In this document: piece after piece, positions 14,093 through 24,186 of the stretch
Layout of the letters: the number at the start of each line of letters is the position of its first letter
Numbering within the stretch: position 1 is the stretch's first letter
Origin: Raja brachyura
Taxonomy: Eukaryota
Direction: 5' to 3'
NCBI GenBank assembly: GCA_963514005.1
Contig: OY740795.1
Location: 1,488,001-1,552,000 of the forward strand
DNA length: 64,000 nucleotides
Made by a program: the position numbers and the translations under genes
Notes under the pieces: generated by a model
Seen by the model: only the letters and a program-made list of their open reading frames with translations
What the model was told of the DNA's origin: nothing
Database searches by the model: none

Positions 14093-14830
14093 AAGGGCCT
14101 GTCCCACTTGGGCGACTGCCTGCGACTGTCATAGTCGTAGCAGGTCACCGAAAAACCGGCGACTGGACCCCCCCTACAACAATGTCTACCACAAAGCTAC
14201 AACAAGCTACCACCTAGTCGACGTCAAGCTGAGGCGAGCTACCGCCAACACAATCATCGCGACTTGGGATGTCCACCTACGGCAGCCAACGCCGACACAT
14301 ACGACAATCTACGACTACACAGGCGACAACCAAAGTCAAACCTACGTCCACCCGCGACAGGCCACGACAAGTTACGACTGTCGGAGACAACGGAAGACAA
14401 TTCATGCCATTTTGGCCTCCAAAACAATGGAATCACCCAGTTCTAAAAGGGGATGTATTGTTCCCAACATCTGAGGGCATCGCTCTCACATGAAGAAGCC
14501 CTGCTGCTTGCAGCAGCCCTCGTGCTTAAAGATCAGCAAGACAGAAGGACAAGAAGGATGGGAAAGAGGAATCCCAAGAAGAGGTGTGTGTGGTTGAAGC
14601 CCTTGTCCCTGTAGAGTCCCAGGTTGGGCCAGTATGACAACCTGATGACTGAGCGCCAACAAGAAGATGAGGCTGCCTTCAGAAACCTCACCAGGCTCCC
14701 CCCTGAGCTGTTTCAGGAGCTGAAGACACGGGTTGGGCCCTCTCCTGGAGAAAAAGGTGACCCACGGAGGAGCTACTGTCGTAGCCTGGTGTAGCTAGTC
14801 GTGTCAACTGTTGCCAATGGACAACTCAAC
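14093..14830 (+). mobile_element. PIF/Harbinger DNA transposon fragment
   Basis: Terminus aagggcctgtcccactt, whose reverse complement occurs at ~31404-31419. Bases ~14570-14740 translate to KKRCVWLKP...LGQYDNLMTERQQEDEAAFRNLTRLPPELFQELKTRVGP, like the N-terminus of a Harbinger transposase. Confidence 0.65.
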
Positions 14831-14834
14831 TCAA

Positions 14835-15330
14835 ACTGACCGGTCTCTCTCAGTCCCTCTCTCTCAGGGGGATATCTGTACACTAACTGGTCTCTCTCAG
14901 TCCCACTCTCTCACCAGGATATCTGTACACTAACTGGTCTCTCTCAGTCCTCTCATTGATGTGGATATCTGCACGAACTTGTGTCTCTCAGTCCCTCTCT
15001 CTCAGGGGGATATCTGTACACTAACTGGTCTCTCTCAGTCCCACTCTCTCAGGGGGATATCTGTACACTAACTGGTCTCTCTCAGTCCCACTCTCTCACC
15101 AGGATATCTGTACACTAACTGGTCTCTGTCAGTCCTCTCATTGATGTGGATATCTGCACTAACTTGTGTCTCTCAGTCCCCCTCTCTCAGGGGGATATCT
15201 GCACACTGAGCGGTGAACCTGAGCCCCTCTCCCCCAAGGGGATATCTACATTGACAGGTGTCCCCTCTCTCTCAGGGGGGACATCTGTACACCGACTTTT
15301 GACTCAGCCCCTCACTGGGGTATCTGAGGG
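14835..15330. repeat. 47/44-bp minisatellite with a 185-bp higher-order repeat, just upstream of the promoter
   Basis: Unit actaactggtctctctcagtcccactctctcagggggatatctgtac. Units start at 14835, 14882, 14929, 14973, 15020, 15067, 15114, 15158 and 15205. Confidence 0.9.
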
Positions 15331-15473
15331 TCCTCTTGCTCCACAAAGTGTTCAGCATTGTAATGATTGGGTGATCAATCTTTAAACCGGATCTCATCAT
15401 TGCCCCTGCACCCGCCGCCTGTTGTGGAGACAAACATCTTTTGGGGAATTGAACTGGGTGCTGGGGGCAGGGA

Positions 15474-15543
15474 CAGGAAGCCGAGCCTCTGGTTCTCTCT
15501 ATCTCTCTCTCACACACACTCACAGCTCACTTCCCTATTTAAG
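15474..15543 (+). promoter_or_regulatory. Putative IgW VH core promoter
   Basis: TATTTAA at 15536-15542, about 110 bp 5' of the ATG. ETS-like sites CACTTCC (15528-15534) and CAGGAAG (15474-15480). No ATGCAAAT octamer seen. Confidence 0.55.
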
Positions 15544-15649
15544 CAGCGCTGACTGCTGCTCCCGACAAAGCCGGCCTGAGCTGAAGCCGCCCATTCCTGG
15601 AGTGTCCAAGTGTGTGTGTGTGTGTGTGTGCCAGTCAGTGCTCAGAGTG

Positions 15650-15695
15650 ATGGGGGTCGCTGCGTATCTCTGTCTCCTTCTGTCCTGTCTGCCAG
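15650..15695 (+). CDS. IgW: IgW VH leader exon
   Basis: MGVAAYLCLLLSCLP(G), a hydrophobic signal peptide. Phase-1 donor G|gtgggt followed by an 83-nt intron. Confidence 0.95.
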
Positions 15696-15778
15696 GTGGG
15701 TGTGTGTGTGTCCCCGCAACTCTTTGACCCTCTGCCCCGTCAACTGTTTACTCAACTTGTGTTCCCTTTTATTGGCAG

Positions 15779-16070
15779 GCGTTCGATCCGCGGTCGTGCT
15801 GAATCAGACCCCGACCGCGGTGGCAAAGCCCGGAGGGTCCCTCAAACTGACCTGTGCAACCAGCGGGCTCAACGTCAACGCCAGCACCATGCACTGGGTG
15901 AAACAGGGCTCCGGGAAAGGGCTGGAGTGGGTGGGGAGGGCGTACAAAGGCGACAAAAAATACGCGCCTGCCTTCAGCGGCCGATTCGAGGTTTCCGTGG
16001 ACAGCAGCAACGCCTATCTCCAAATGAACGGCCTGAGACTGGGCGACACGGCCACCTATTACTGTACCAC
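15779..16070 (+). CDS. IgW: IgW VH gene segment (germline, unrearranged, open)
   Basis: Acceptor ttttattggcag. (G)VRSAVVLNQTPTAVAKPGGSLKLTCATSGLNVNASTMHWVKQGSGKGLEWVGRAYKGDKKYAPAFSGRFEVSVDSSNAYLQMNGLRLGDTATYYCT has the canonical C, W, GLEW and YYC, and resembles skate IgX V as I recall it. Confidence 0.97.
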
Positions 16071-16109
16071 CACAGTGAGAGGAAGCGGGGCCGGGCCGCT
16101 TCAACAACC
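16071..16109 (+). promoter_or_regulatory. VH 3' RSS (23-bp spacer)
   Basis: CACAGTG (16071-16077), 23 nt, TCAACAACC (16101-16109). Confidence 0.92.
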
Positions 16110-16309
16110 CAGGGGAGAGAGAGTCTGCCCTCAGCTTGGAGCCCAACGCCGTGGGTGGAACTGGAGCCACGGGTCGATCACTCCCGGTGTCCCGTCTGTG
16201 AGACCCGGTCAATGGTTGGGCGAGAAGGGACATCGATGAGCCTTGGGCTCCAAGTTGACAGTCGGACGTGCGGAGTGACTGGGCTCGGAGACAGTGAGAG
16301 AGGATGGGG

Positions 16310-16389
16310 GGTTATTGTGCGGCGGTGAATCACAGTGACCATATGGGTGGCACAGTGTGAGAGATGGGACTCCCCTCCATACAAAAACC
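16310..16389 (+). other. DH1 segment (coding 16338-16350, ACCATATGGGTGG) with 12-RSS 5' and 23-RSS 3'
   Basis: GGTTATTGT-12-CACAGTG, then D, then CACAGTG-23-ACAAAAACC (perfect consensus). Confidence 0.95.
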
Positions 16390-16692
16390 TGCCGCAACCA
16401 AACGCTTTAAATCGCGTCTCCCCGGGACCCGTGGATAAAAAGCAGATCCCGAGTGCATCATCTGGCACAGGGAACAAGTTCCACTGGAGATGTGGGGACA
16501 CAAGCAGCGAGGGGCCGCTGTGGGTCGAGGCACGGTGACAGTCCCGGTGGGTGATCTCCTGTCCACTACAGGGCTGCAATGGCCGAGACTGGACGCTGCT
16601 GTGTGGGACACACGGACACAGATGGATGGGGCTTTAATGAAGCCGCTGCCCACTCTGGCCACCGTTGGATTTCGGGCTGGATGTGGCAGAGC

Positions 16693-16757
16693 AGTTTGTG
16701 AGCGGCGGTGAATCACCGTGATACTGGCCCACGGCGGCGGAGAGGTGAACCAAAACT
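16693..16757 (+). other. DH2 segment (coding 16721-16729, ATACTGGCC) with 12-RSS on both sides
   Basis: AGTTTGTGA-12-CACCGTG, then D, then CACGGCG-12-ACCAAAACT. Confidence 0.88.
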
Positions 16758-17085
16758 GCCCCCCGACAAATGAGCGTCCGCAGCGCAGTCTGCCTCCACC
16801 CATTGTGCATTGCTGCGTCCCACAGTCAAATCCCTGAAGCCTGGCTCGCACTGCAGGGAGGAACTGGCCATTTTTGGCCGGTGAAAAGCCCGAAAGGAGG
16901 CGATTGTGTTTGTGAGGGGCGGCCAGAGCCGGTGGCAGCAGGCGGCAAAAATGCCTCTTGTATTCAACACCAGAGGTTGAACAAGGACGGAGATTGGGAT
17001 GGAAATGCAGGAAGCGGCTGCTCCTGGTCCGGGCAAAGTTCACGTTGACACTTTGCTGAGATTATTGGGCGTGGAGGGCGAGTGG

Positions 17086-17124
17086 AGTTATTGTACTGAC
17101 TGAGTGGGAAGATGGAGCAGTGTG
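17086..17124 (+). promoter_or_regulatory. JH 5' RSS (23-bp spacer)
   Basis: AGTTATTGT (17086-17094), 23 nt, CAGTGTG (17118-17124). Confidence 0.92.
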
Positions 17125-17167
17125 CTTGACTACTGGGGTGCAGGAACCTCGCTGACAGTGACTTCAG
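17125..17167 (+). CDS. IgW: JH segment
   Basis: LDYWGAGTSLTVTS with the WGxG motif. Phase-1 donor G|gtaaga. Confidence 0.96.
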
Positions 17168-17254
17168 GTAAGACCAATTTCCTCAATTCCATTTTACCCA
17201 GTTGTGTTTCATTAATTTATGGTCTTTGCGAAATCTGTAAATCTGTAAATCTGG

Positions 17255-17765
17255 AAAGACATCCTTGCCATAGAGGGGGTACAGAGAAGATTCACCAGAC
17301 TGATTCCTGGGATGTCAGGACTTCCATATGAGGAAAGACTGGAAAGACTCGGCTTGTACTTGCTGGAATTTAGAAGATTGAGGGGGGATCTTATAGAAAC
17401 TTACAAAATTCTTAAGGGGTTGGACAGGCTAGATGCTGGAAGATTGTTCCCGATGCTGGGGGAGTCCAGAACAAGGGGTCACAGTCTAAGGATAAGGGGG
17501 AATTCCTTTAGGACCGAGATGAGGAAAACATTCTTTACACAGAGAGTGGTGGGTCTCTGGAACTCTCTGCCACAGAAGGTAGTTGAGGCCAGTTCATTGG
17601 CTATATTCAAGAGGGAGTTAGATGTGGCTAAAGGGGATCAGAGGGTATAGAGAGAAGGCAGGTACGGGATACTGAGTTGGATGATCAGCCATGATCACAT
17701 TGAATGGCGGTGCAGGCTCGAAGGGCCGAATGGCCTACTCCTGAACCTATTTTTCTATGGTTCTT
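17255..17765 (+). mobile_element. CR1 LINE 3' fragment about 90 bp downstream of JH
   Basis: GLPYEERLERLGLYLLEFRRLRGDLIETYKIL, CR1 3' UTR and tttctatg tail. Confidence 0.9.
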
Positions 17766-18234
17766 TCTATCTTTCTAATTGACCTGAACTCGGTCAGATA
17801 TTTGGAACAATTGCACGGATTTCCCGGAGACAGGCGGGTTTCTCCAGAGTTAGAATCTACCCAGCAACAGTACATTCCCCACCGCGTTGAACTGCCCCAC
17901 AAGCTGTTCTTTCCATGAGTCTCGCCATCATCTGCTTTCAGTCCATCTTGTGCATGCCGACCAAACTGGCATTCTGGGCTCGTCCCATTGGCCACATATC
18001 CTTCTCATCCATATACCGGATGTGTTTGATAATTGGGGTTCTATCTGCTGTTATAGTTTCCCCTGGCAACTCATTCCAGATAATTCCTACCCAATGTGAA
18101 TAAAAATGCCCCTGAAGTCCCCTTTTAGATCTCTCCCCACTCACCTTATGCCTGTGCCCTCCTGTTTTAGAAACCTCTATCCTGGGAAAAAGACTGAGCA
18201 TGCACCTTATCCATGCTCCTCGTAATCTTGTTCA

Positions 18235-18600
18235 CATAGAAACATAGAAAATATGTGCAGGAGTAGGCCATTCGGCCCTTCGAGCCTGCACCGCCATTCA
18301 ATATGATCATGGCTGATCATCCAACTCGGTATCCTGTACCTGCCTTCTCTCCATACCCCCTGATCCCTTTATCCACAAGGGCCACATCTAACTCCCTCTT
18401 AAATATAGCCAATGAACTGGCCTCGACTACCTTCTGTGGCAGAGAATTCCAGAGACCCACCACTTTCTCATCTCGGTCCTGAAGGAATTCCCCCTTATCC
18501 TTAGACTGTGACCCCTTGTTCTGGACCTCCCCAACATCGGGAACAATCTTCCTGCATCTAGCCTGTCCAACCCCTTAAGAATTTTGTAAGTTTCTATAAA
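18235..18600 (-). mobile_element. CR1 LINE 3' fragment
   Basis: catagaaa tail; IETYKILKGLDRLDAGRLFP. Confidence 0.85.
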
Positions 18601-19387
18601 AGCCACCTCAGCTCCCTGTCCACCTAACTCACCACTCTCACCGAACCATGCCCCTGTATTTCCCCATCTGTCTGTTCTACAACACTCTCCAGGATCCACC
18701 ATTTACTGTGTAAGTCCAGCCCTGGTTTGATCTACCAAAGTTCAACACCCCCCCCCCCCCCCCCCCCCCACTTGTCAGAGTTAAATTCCATTTGGCTCCC
18801 CTTCCCAACTGATCTCGATCTTCTTGTAAACTTATCCATCTCACTGTCCACTCATGCACTGATTTTGGGGTCATCTGTAAACTTACTATCAATGTCCACT
18901 ATATTGTGTGGCAAACTGTTAATGTAGATAACCAACAACAGTGGTCTCACCACTGACCCCTGCAGCAGTCCACTTCCTCCAAGCTAATTTAGCTCATGTT
19001 GGGTTCCATGTGATCCAACCGTCCACACCAGCCCACCATGCCAGACCTTGTTGAACCCTATCAGGTTCATGAGGCACGATTTCCCAAACACAAGCCATGC
19101 TGTCCCTAATCCTTGGCCCACCCTCCCAAGTGAAATAGATCTTGTAAATTTAGGACTATCCCTAATCAGTCTGTGCCTATCCAAATACTGGCAGTTCCTG
19201 TCCCTAAGGACATTCCCACCAATGACGTCAGGCTCACTGGTGTAGATCCCTGGCTTGACCCTAATGTCCTTCTGCAATTACACTTCAGTATCAGCCACCC
19301 TCCAGTCTTTTGGAGATTAATCTGCCTGTTTCCACACTGTATTAATCTATAACTCTATGACTCCAGTACCTGCTCCCGCAAAGAGAT

Positions 19388-19745
19388 CCCATCAAACACA
19401 TCCAGGGCAGACAGAGCACGAGTCAAATGCTGAATCAATCTCCCCGTGTCACTGTGCTGTCAGCTACAGATTAGATACAAAGTTCCATCTGTCCTGTCCC
19501 AACACTCCCAGGAAGGGACAGCACAGGTTAGACAAAGAGTGAGGCTCCCTCCAACCTGTCCCCACACACCCAGGGTACGGGTTAGTCTCTGAGTGAAGTT
19601 CCCTCCAACCTGTCCCCACACACACCCAGGGTACGGGTTAGTCTCTGAGTGAAGTTCCCTCTACACCGTTACGTACTCTCAGTGCAGGGACAAGTGTTTG
19701 ACACAGAGTCAAGCTCCCTCGATATTGCTCTGTCAAACACTCCTT
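19388..19745. repeat. Degenerate ~55-65-bp tandem repeat
   Basis: Recurring aaacactcccagg...gttag...gagtgaagttccct...ctgtcccca. Two near-identical units lie at ~19547-19660. Confidence 0.7.
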
Positions 19746-20656
19746 GTGTAAATGCTTCAGAACACAGAACATTCTCTAGATTGTAAAACAAATTGATGCT
19801 GTTTGGTTCAAAAACAAAGGTTCACAATAATGAATGATTTGAACATAATGAGAGTATGTTGTACATGGTTCTAAATGTGGGCTTTAGTACACCAGGTTTT
19901 CTTTGTGTCTTGTATTAAATTTCAACATTCAGAAATCCTTAGTGTCAATACCTTTTATTCTCCATTGTGAATTCACTGATGCTCGTAGTTTAGATTCTGA
20001 ATCAAGTTGCTTGGTGTTTTTGACGTGAGTTTTGCTGCACAAAAGAACTGCTTTTTCCCAGTTCACAGGCGGAGGAACTGCTCTAATGTCCTGCCCTCCT
20101 CCACCAGCCGACAGGGTTTGTCCAACAAGTGCTTTGCTCCGTTAACCAGGGCTGCTGGTGTCTCAGTGAATGTCAGTGGTCATTCACAGAGCACCTTTCA
20201 TGGTGTCCCCGAGCCCTTCACAGACAGTGAGGCATGTTCACAGTAGAGCCGTGTTGTGAAGGAGGGACTGTGGATCCACTCTGCTCACAGCAGAATCGTA
20301 AACCGCAGGTGAGGGGGAAATGTTGTCCGAGACTCCACAGATACACTGATCCAATGGACGGGCATCAGGCTGCAATCAGACCCCAGTTTAATTCCGCAAC
20401 AACTGTGGGATTTAAACTCTGCTCATATTCTGGGACAGATTGGACCTGTGTCAGATTCTCTTTTGTTAGTAACCTGGATTTTGTACACAAATCCACAGTA
20501 ATGATGGCCTCTCAGTTTCCCTGCTGTCCCTCAGCAGAGGAGATCTGTTGTCCTTACCCAGTTGAGCCGACTTCTGACCCCTGACCCAGCAATGCAATTG
20601 GCACTAAATGCCCCCAGGATGGCAACCCAGGCGGGCAGTTTATTGCCCCTCCTCAC

Positions 20657-21549
20657 CCGGCACCCAGCTCCTCGCCCCGGCACCCAGCTCCTCGCCCCGG
20701 CACCCAGCTCCTCGCCCCGGCACCCAGCTCCTCGCCCCGGCACCCAGCTCCTCGCCCCGGCACCCAGCTCCTCGCCCCGGCACCCAGCTCCTCGCCCCGG
20801 CACCCAGCTCCTCGCCCCGGCACCCAGCTCCTCGCCCCGGCACCCAGCTCCTCGCCCCGGCACCCAGCTCCTCGCCCCGGCACCCAGCTCCTCGCCCCGG
20901 CACCCAGCTCCCCGCCCCGGCACCCAGCTCCCCGCCCCGGCACCCAGCTCCCCGCCCCGGCACCCAGCTCCCCGCCCCGGCACCCAGCTCCCCGCCCCGG
21001 CACCCAGCTCCCCGCCCCGGCACCCAGCTCCCCGCCCCGGCACCCAGCTCCCCGCCCCGGCGCCCAGCTCCCCGCCCCGGCACCCAGCTCCCCACCCCGG
21101 CACCCAGCTCCCCACCCCGGCACCCAGCTCCCCACCCCGGCACCCAGCTCCCCACCCCAGCACCCAGCTCCCCACCCCAGCACCCAGCTCCCCACCCCAG
21201 CACCCAGCTCCCCACCCCAGCACCCAGCTCCCCACCCCAGCACCCAGCTCCCCACCCCAGCACCCAGCTCCCCACCCCAGCACCCAGCTCCCCACCCCAG
21301 CACCCAGCTCCCCACCCCGGCACCCAGCTCCCCACCCCGGCACCCAGCTAAACCCACCCCAGCACCCAGCTAAACCCACCCCATCACCCAGCTAAACCCA
21401 CCCCAGCACCCAGCTAAACCCACCCCAGCACCCAGCTAAACCCACCCCAGCACCCAGCTAAACCCACCCCAGCACCCAGCTCCCCGCCCCATCACCCAAC
21501 TCCCCAACCCAGCACCCAGCTGCTTCACCAGCTCCTCGCCCCAGCACCC
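20657..21549. repeat. 20/22-bp AGCT-containing minisatellite in the JH-CH1 intron
   Basis: 34 units of cacccagctcc(t/c)c(g/a)cccc(g/a)g (20661-21340), then 6 units of cacccagctaaacccaccccag (21341-21472), then degenerate units. Confidence 0.98.
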
Positions 21550-23877
21550 TGTGCCAGTGTGATGTGTTTTCCAGTCTCTGATCCACCTCCTGACCACATT
21601 AGGAACATTGATCCAAATTAAACTGCACTCACCACCTGCTGATCCCAGGATGGAAAACACTGTGAGCTGCAAATCCCGCCGCCTGACATTGTTGAGCCTC
21701 CTGCACGAAACACTCGGCAGCTGGAGCAGCATCTGTGGGGAGAGAAGCAGAGTCACCCTTTCACTTCACTGCTCTTTCATCAAACTCTTTCAGTACAGTT
21801 TCGGACAAACACGCTATTTCCACTTTTATTTGATGTTTTTTTATTTTGTTGAAGGTTTCCACAACCCCAGGACATCTCTAAGCATTTCCCAGCCCATTAA
21901 TAACTGAGAGACATCGAGTCAGTCATACAGCACGGAAACAGGCCCCTCAGCTCAGCTCGTGCAAGGCAGCCCTGATGCCCCATGTACGCTAGTCCCACTT
22001 GCCCATATTTACCTCATGTCCTCTAATCCTTTCCTATCCATGTATCTGTCCAAGTGTCTTTTAAATGCTGTTATCGTACCTGCCTCAACTGTTTCCTCTG
22101 GCAGCCTTTCCATATACCCACCACCCTGTGAGTGAGAAGGTTCCCCACACATTCCCATTAAACCTTGTTCCTCTCATCTACACCTATATCGTGATTCCCC
22201 TATCCTGTGTAAAAGACTGTGCATTCACCTTATCTATTCCTCTCATGGTTTTATACGCCTTTATCGGATCACTCTTCTGCCTTCTAGACGTATAAATGAG
22301 TAAAGTCCGAGCCTGCCCTACTTTTCCCTCCAGCTCAGGCCCTCGAGTCCCGGCAACATTCCCTGTAAATCTTCTCACCACTCTTCTAGCCTAATGATAT
22401 CTGTCCTAGAGTAGCTCGATGAAAGCTCAACATTCCCAATTCAGCCTCACCGATTTCTTGTAACACTCCAGTACAACATCCACCTTCTGAACAGTAAACC
22501 CTCATTTTAACGGACCACGGTGTGGGGGGATAGTATCCGTTATTGCCGAATGTCCGCTTTAAACGAGTAAGGTTTCACCCATGTATGTAGTTGAAACAAA
22601 GAATGCAGATGCTGGTTAATACACAAAAAGACACAAAGTGCTGGAGTAACTCAACTGGCCAGGGAGCATCTCTGGAGAAGATCGATAGGTGAGGTGGGGC
22701 CTCTTCTTCAGATGGATTCAGCCAGCTGGGTTACTCACGCACTTTGTGTTGTTTCACCTTAAAACCAGGCGCCAATGCCTCTGCTCTGCACCAGCGAGTC
22801 CTTCTTCATCCACCGCATGGTCCGGTGACACGGCTGTGGTTGTGGCTCACATTGTAGCCTCTGGCTGGCAGTGCTTTCTTCAGGCCGCTGCCACTGACGG
22901 TGCACGGTCACCATGGGGCACCCTCTCCTCTCACCAGCTGCTGCTTTCAAGGTGCAGTATGTTGGTGACTCCAGGGGGGGGGAGGAGGAGGAGAAGATGG
23001 CGGTGGAGGGGGGAGGGGAAGAGGCAGAGTGGACAGAGCGAGTGGGGAGGACGAGGGGGAGATGGCGGTCGAGCAGTAAGTGGACAAAGTGAAGAGCCGA
23101 CAGGTTGAAGCAGCAGCAGGTGGGAGGGGAGGGAGCCTCATGGTGACCACGCGCATCCTGTCGAGGACGGCAGCTTGAAGAAAGCGCTCATCTCGGGGGC
23201 TCCGTGAGCCGCAACAACAGCAGCATCACGGACCATACGGTGGGTGAAGAAGGGCTCACTTGCAAGTCGGGGATGGAGTTGGAAGCCGGGGCTCTAAGCG
23301 GTCAGGAGCCATGCGAGGCAGGGTGGTATCGGCACGTCCGTCCGCTATATCCTGGATCTGTTATAAAGGGGTCCGTTAAAACGAGTGATTACTGTATCAA
23401 TTCCCTGACTCATAAAGAGCTTTTTTTACCAACCTATTTACCAGTGACAATGCTTCCTGGGATCTGTGTACTTGTACTCCAAGATCCCTTAGTTGTACAA
23501 CACTCCCCAGGGCCCAGCGTGAGGAATGTCCACAACAGGCCAGATACTGCACCATTTGGCCCGGTGGTTGTGGATATGGAGCATTTGGCTCCGTACCATG
23601 TGCTTCCTGACCTGGGACACATCACCCACAGCACAGGCTGGTTTGTCCCTCTGGTTGGCAGAAGTTGCCTCCCCAGTGGCCGGTGTGAGATCAGCATTTC
23701 ACTGCTTGGTCATGCACAGTGTGAAAGGCATTGGGAAAGGAACCAATTCTCTGCTCTGCCTGGCCTTCTCTCCGCCTGAATCACCTGTATTTACTCAGCA
23801 ATCAGCATGAACCTGTTGCACGCGCTGGTAATAATCCATTTACTACAGAACCAACTGTTAATTTATTTACATTTCAG

Positions 23878-24186
23878 AGGTTGAGACCTTGCCTTCAGTC
23901 CACATCACCTCTTCCTGCAACACAGAATCTGACCAAGAGATCAGCATCCTCTGTCTGGTCAAGGACTACGAGGCTGAGATCATCAGTCAGACATGGTCCA
24001 CCAGCAGTGGGGACATCACCACTGGAATCACAAAGTACCCACCAGTGTTGGGACAAAACGACAAGTACATAATGAGCAGCTTGCTGCGAGTCCCTGTGGC
24101 AGATTGGAACAGGAATAACGTCTACTACTGCAAGGCAGGATACAAGCCGGACAACATGGTGCTAACGGAGTTCCCGAAGCCTCAAG
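23878..24186 (+). CDS. IgW: IgW CH1 exon
   Basis: Acceptor atttcag. (E)VETLPSVHITSSCNTESDQEISILCLVKDYEAEIISQTW...SSLLRVPVADWNRNNVYYCKAGYKPDNMVLTEFPKPQ. Donor G|gttagt. Confidence 0.95.

Noticed and set aside
15779-16070. IgNAR, IgM or TCR identity for this locus
   Set aside because: V has a full FR2/CDR2 (WVKQ..GKGLEW). Six CH exons plus the Cys-rich short tail indicate IgW.
15610-16328. 209-210-aa ORFs spanning VH
   Set aside because: They read through the leader intron and RSS or use another frame. The real coding unit is the spliced leader plus V.
16516-16537. Possible third D segment (cgctgtg-ggtcgagg-cacggtg)
   Set aside because: No acceptable nonamer at 12 or 23 bp on either side.
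20531-21395. Long Pro/Ala-rich and Gly/Trp-rich ORFs in five frames, and a CRISPR-like appearance
   Set aside because: These are by-products of a stop-free 20-bp tandem repeat. There are no unique spacers, no cas genes, and the DNA is vertebrate.
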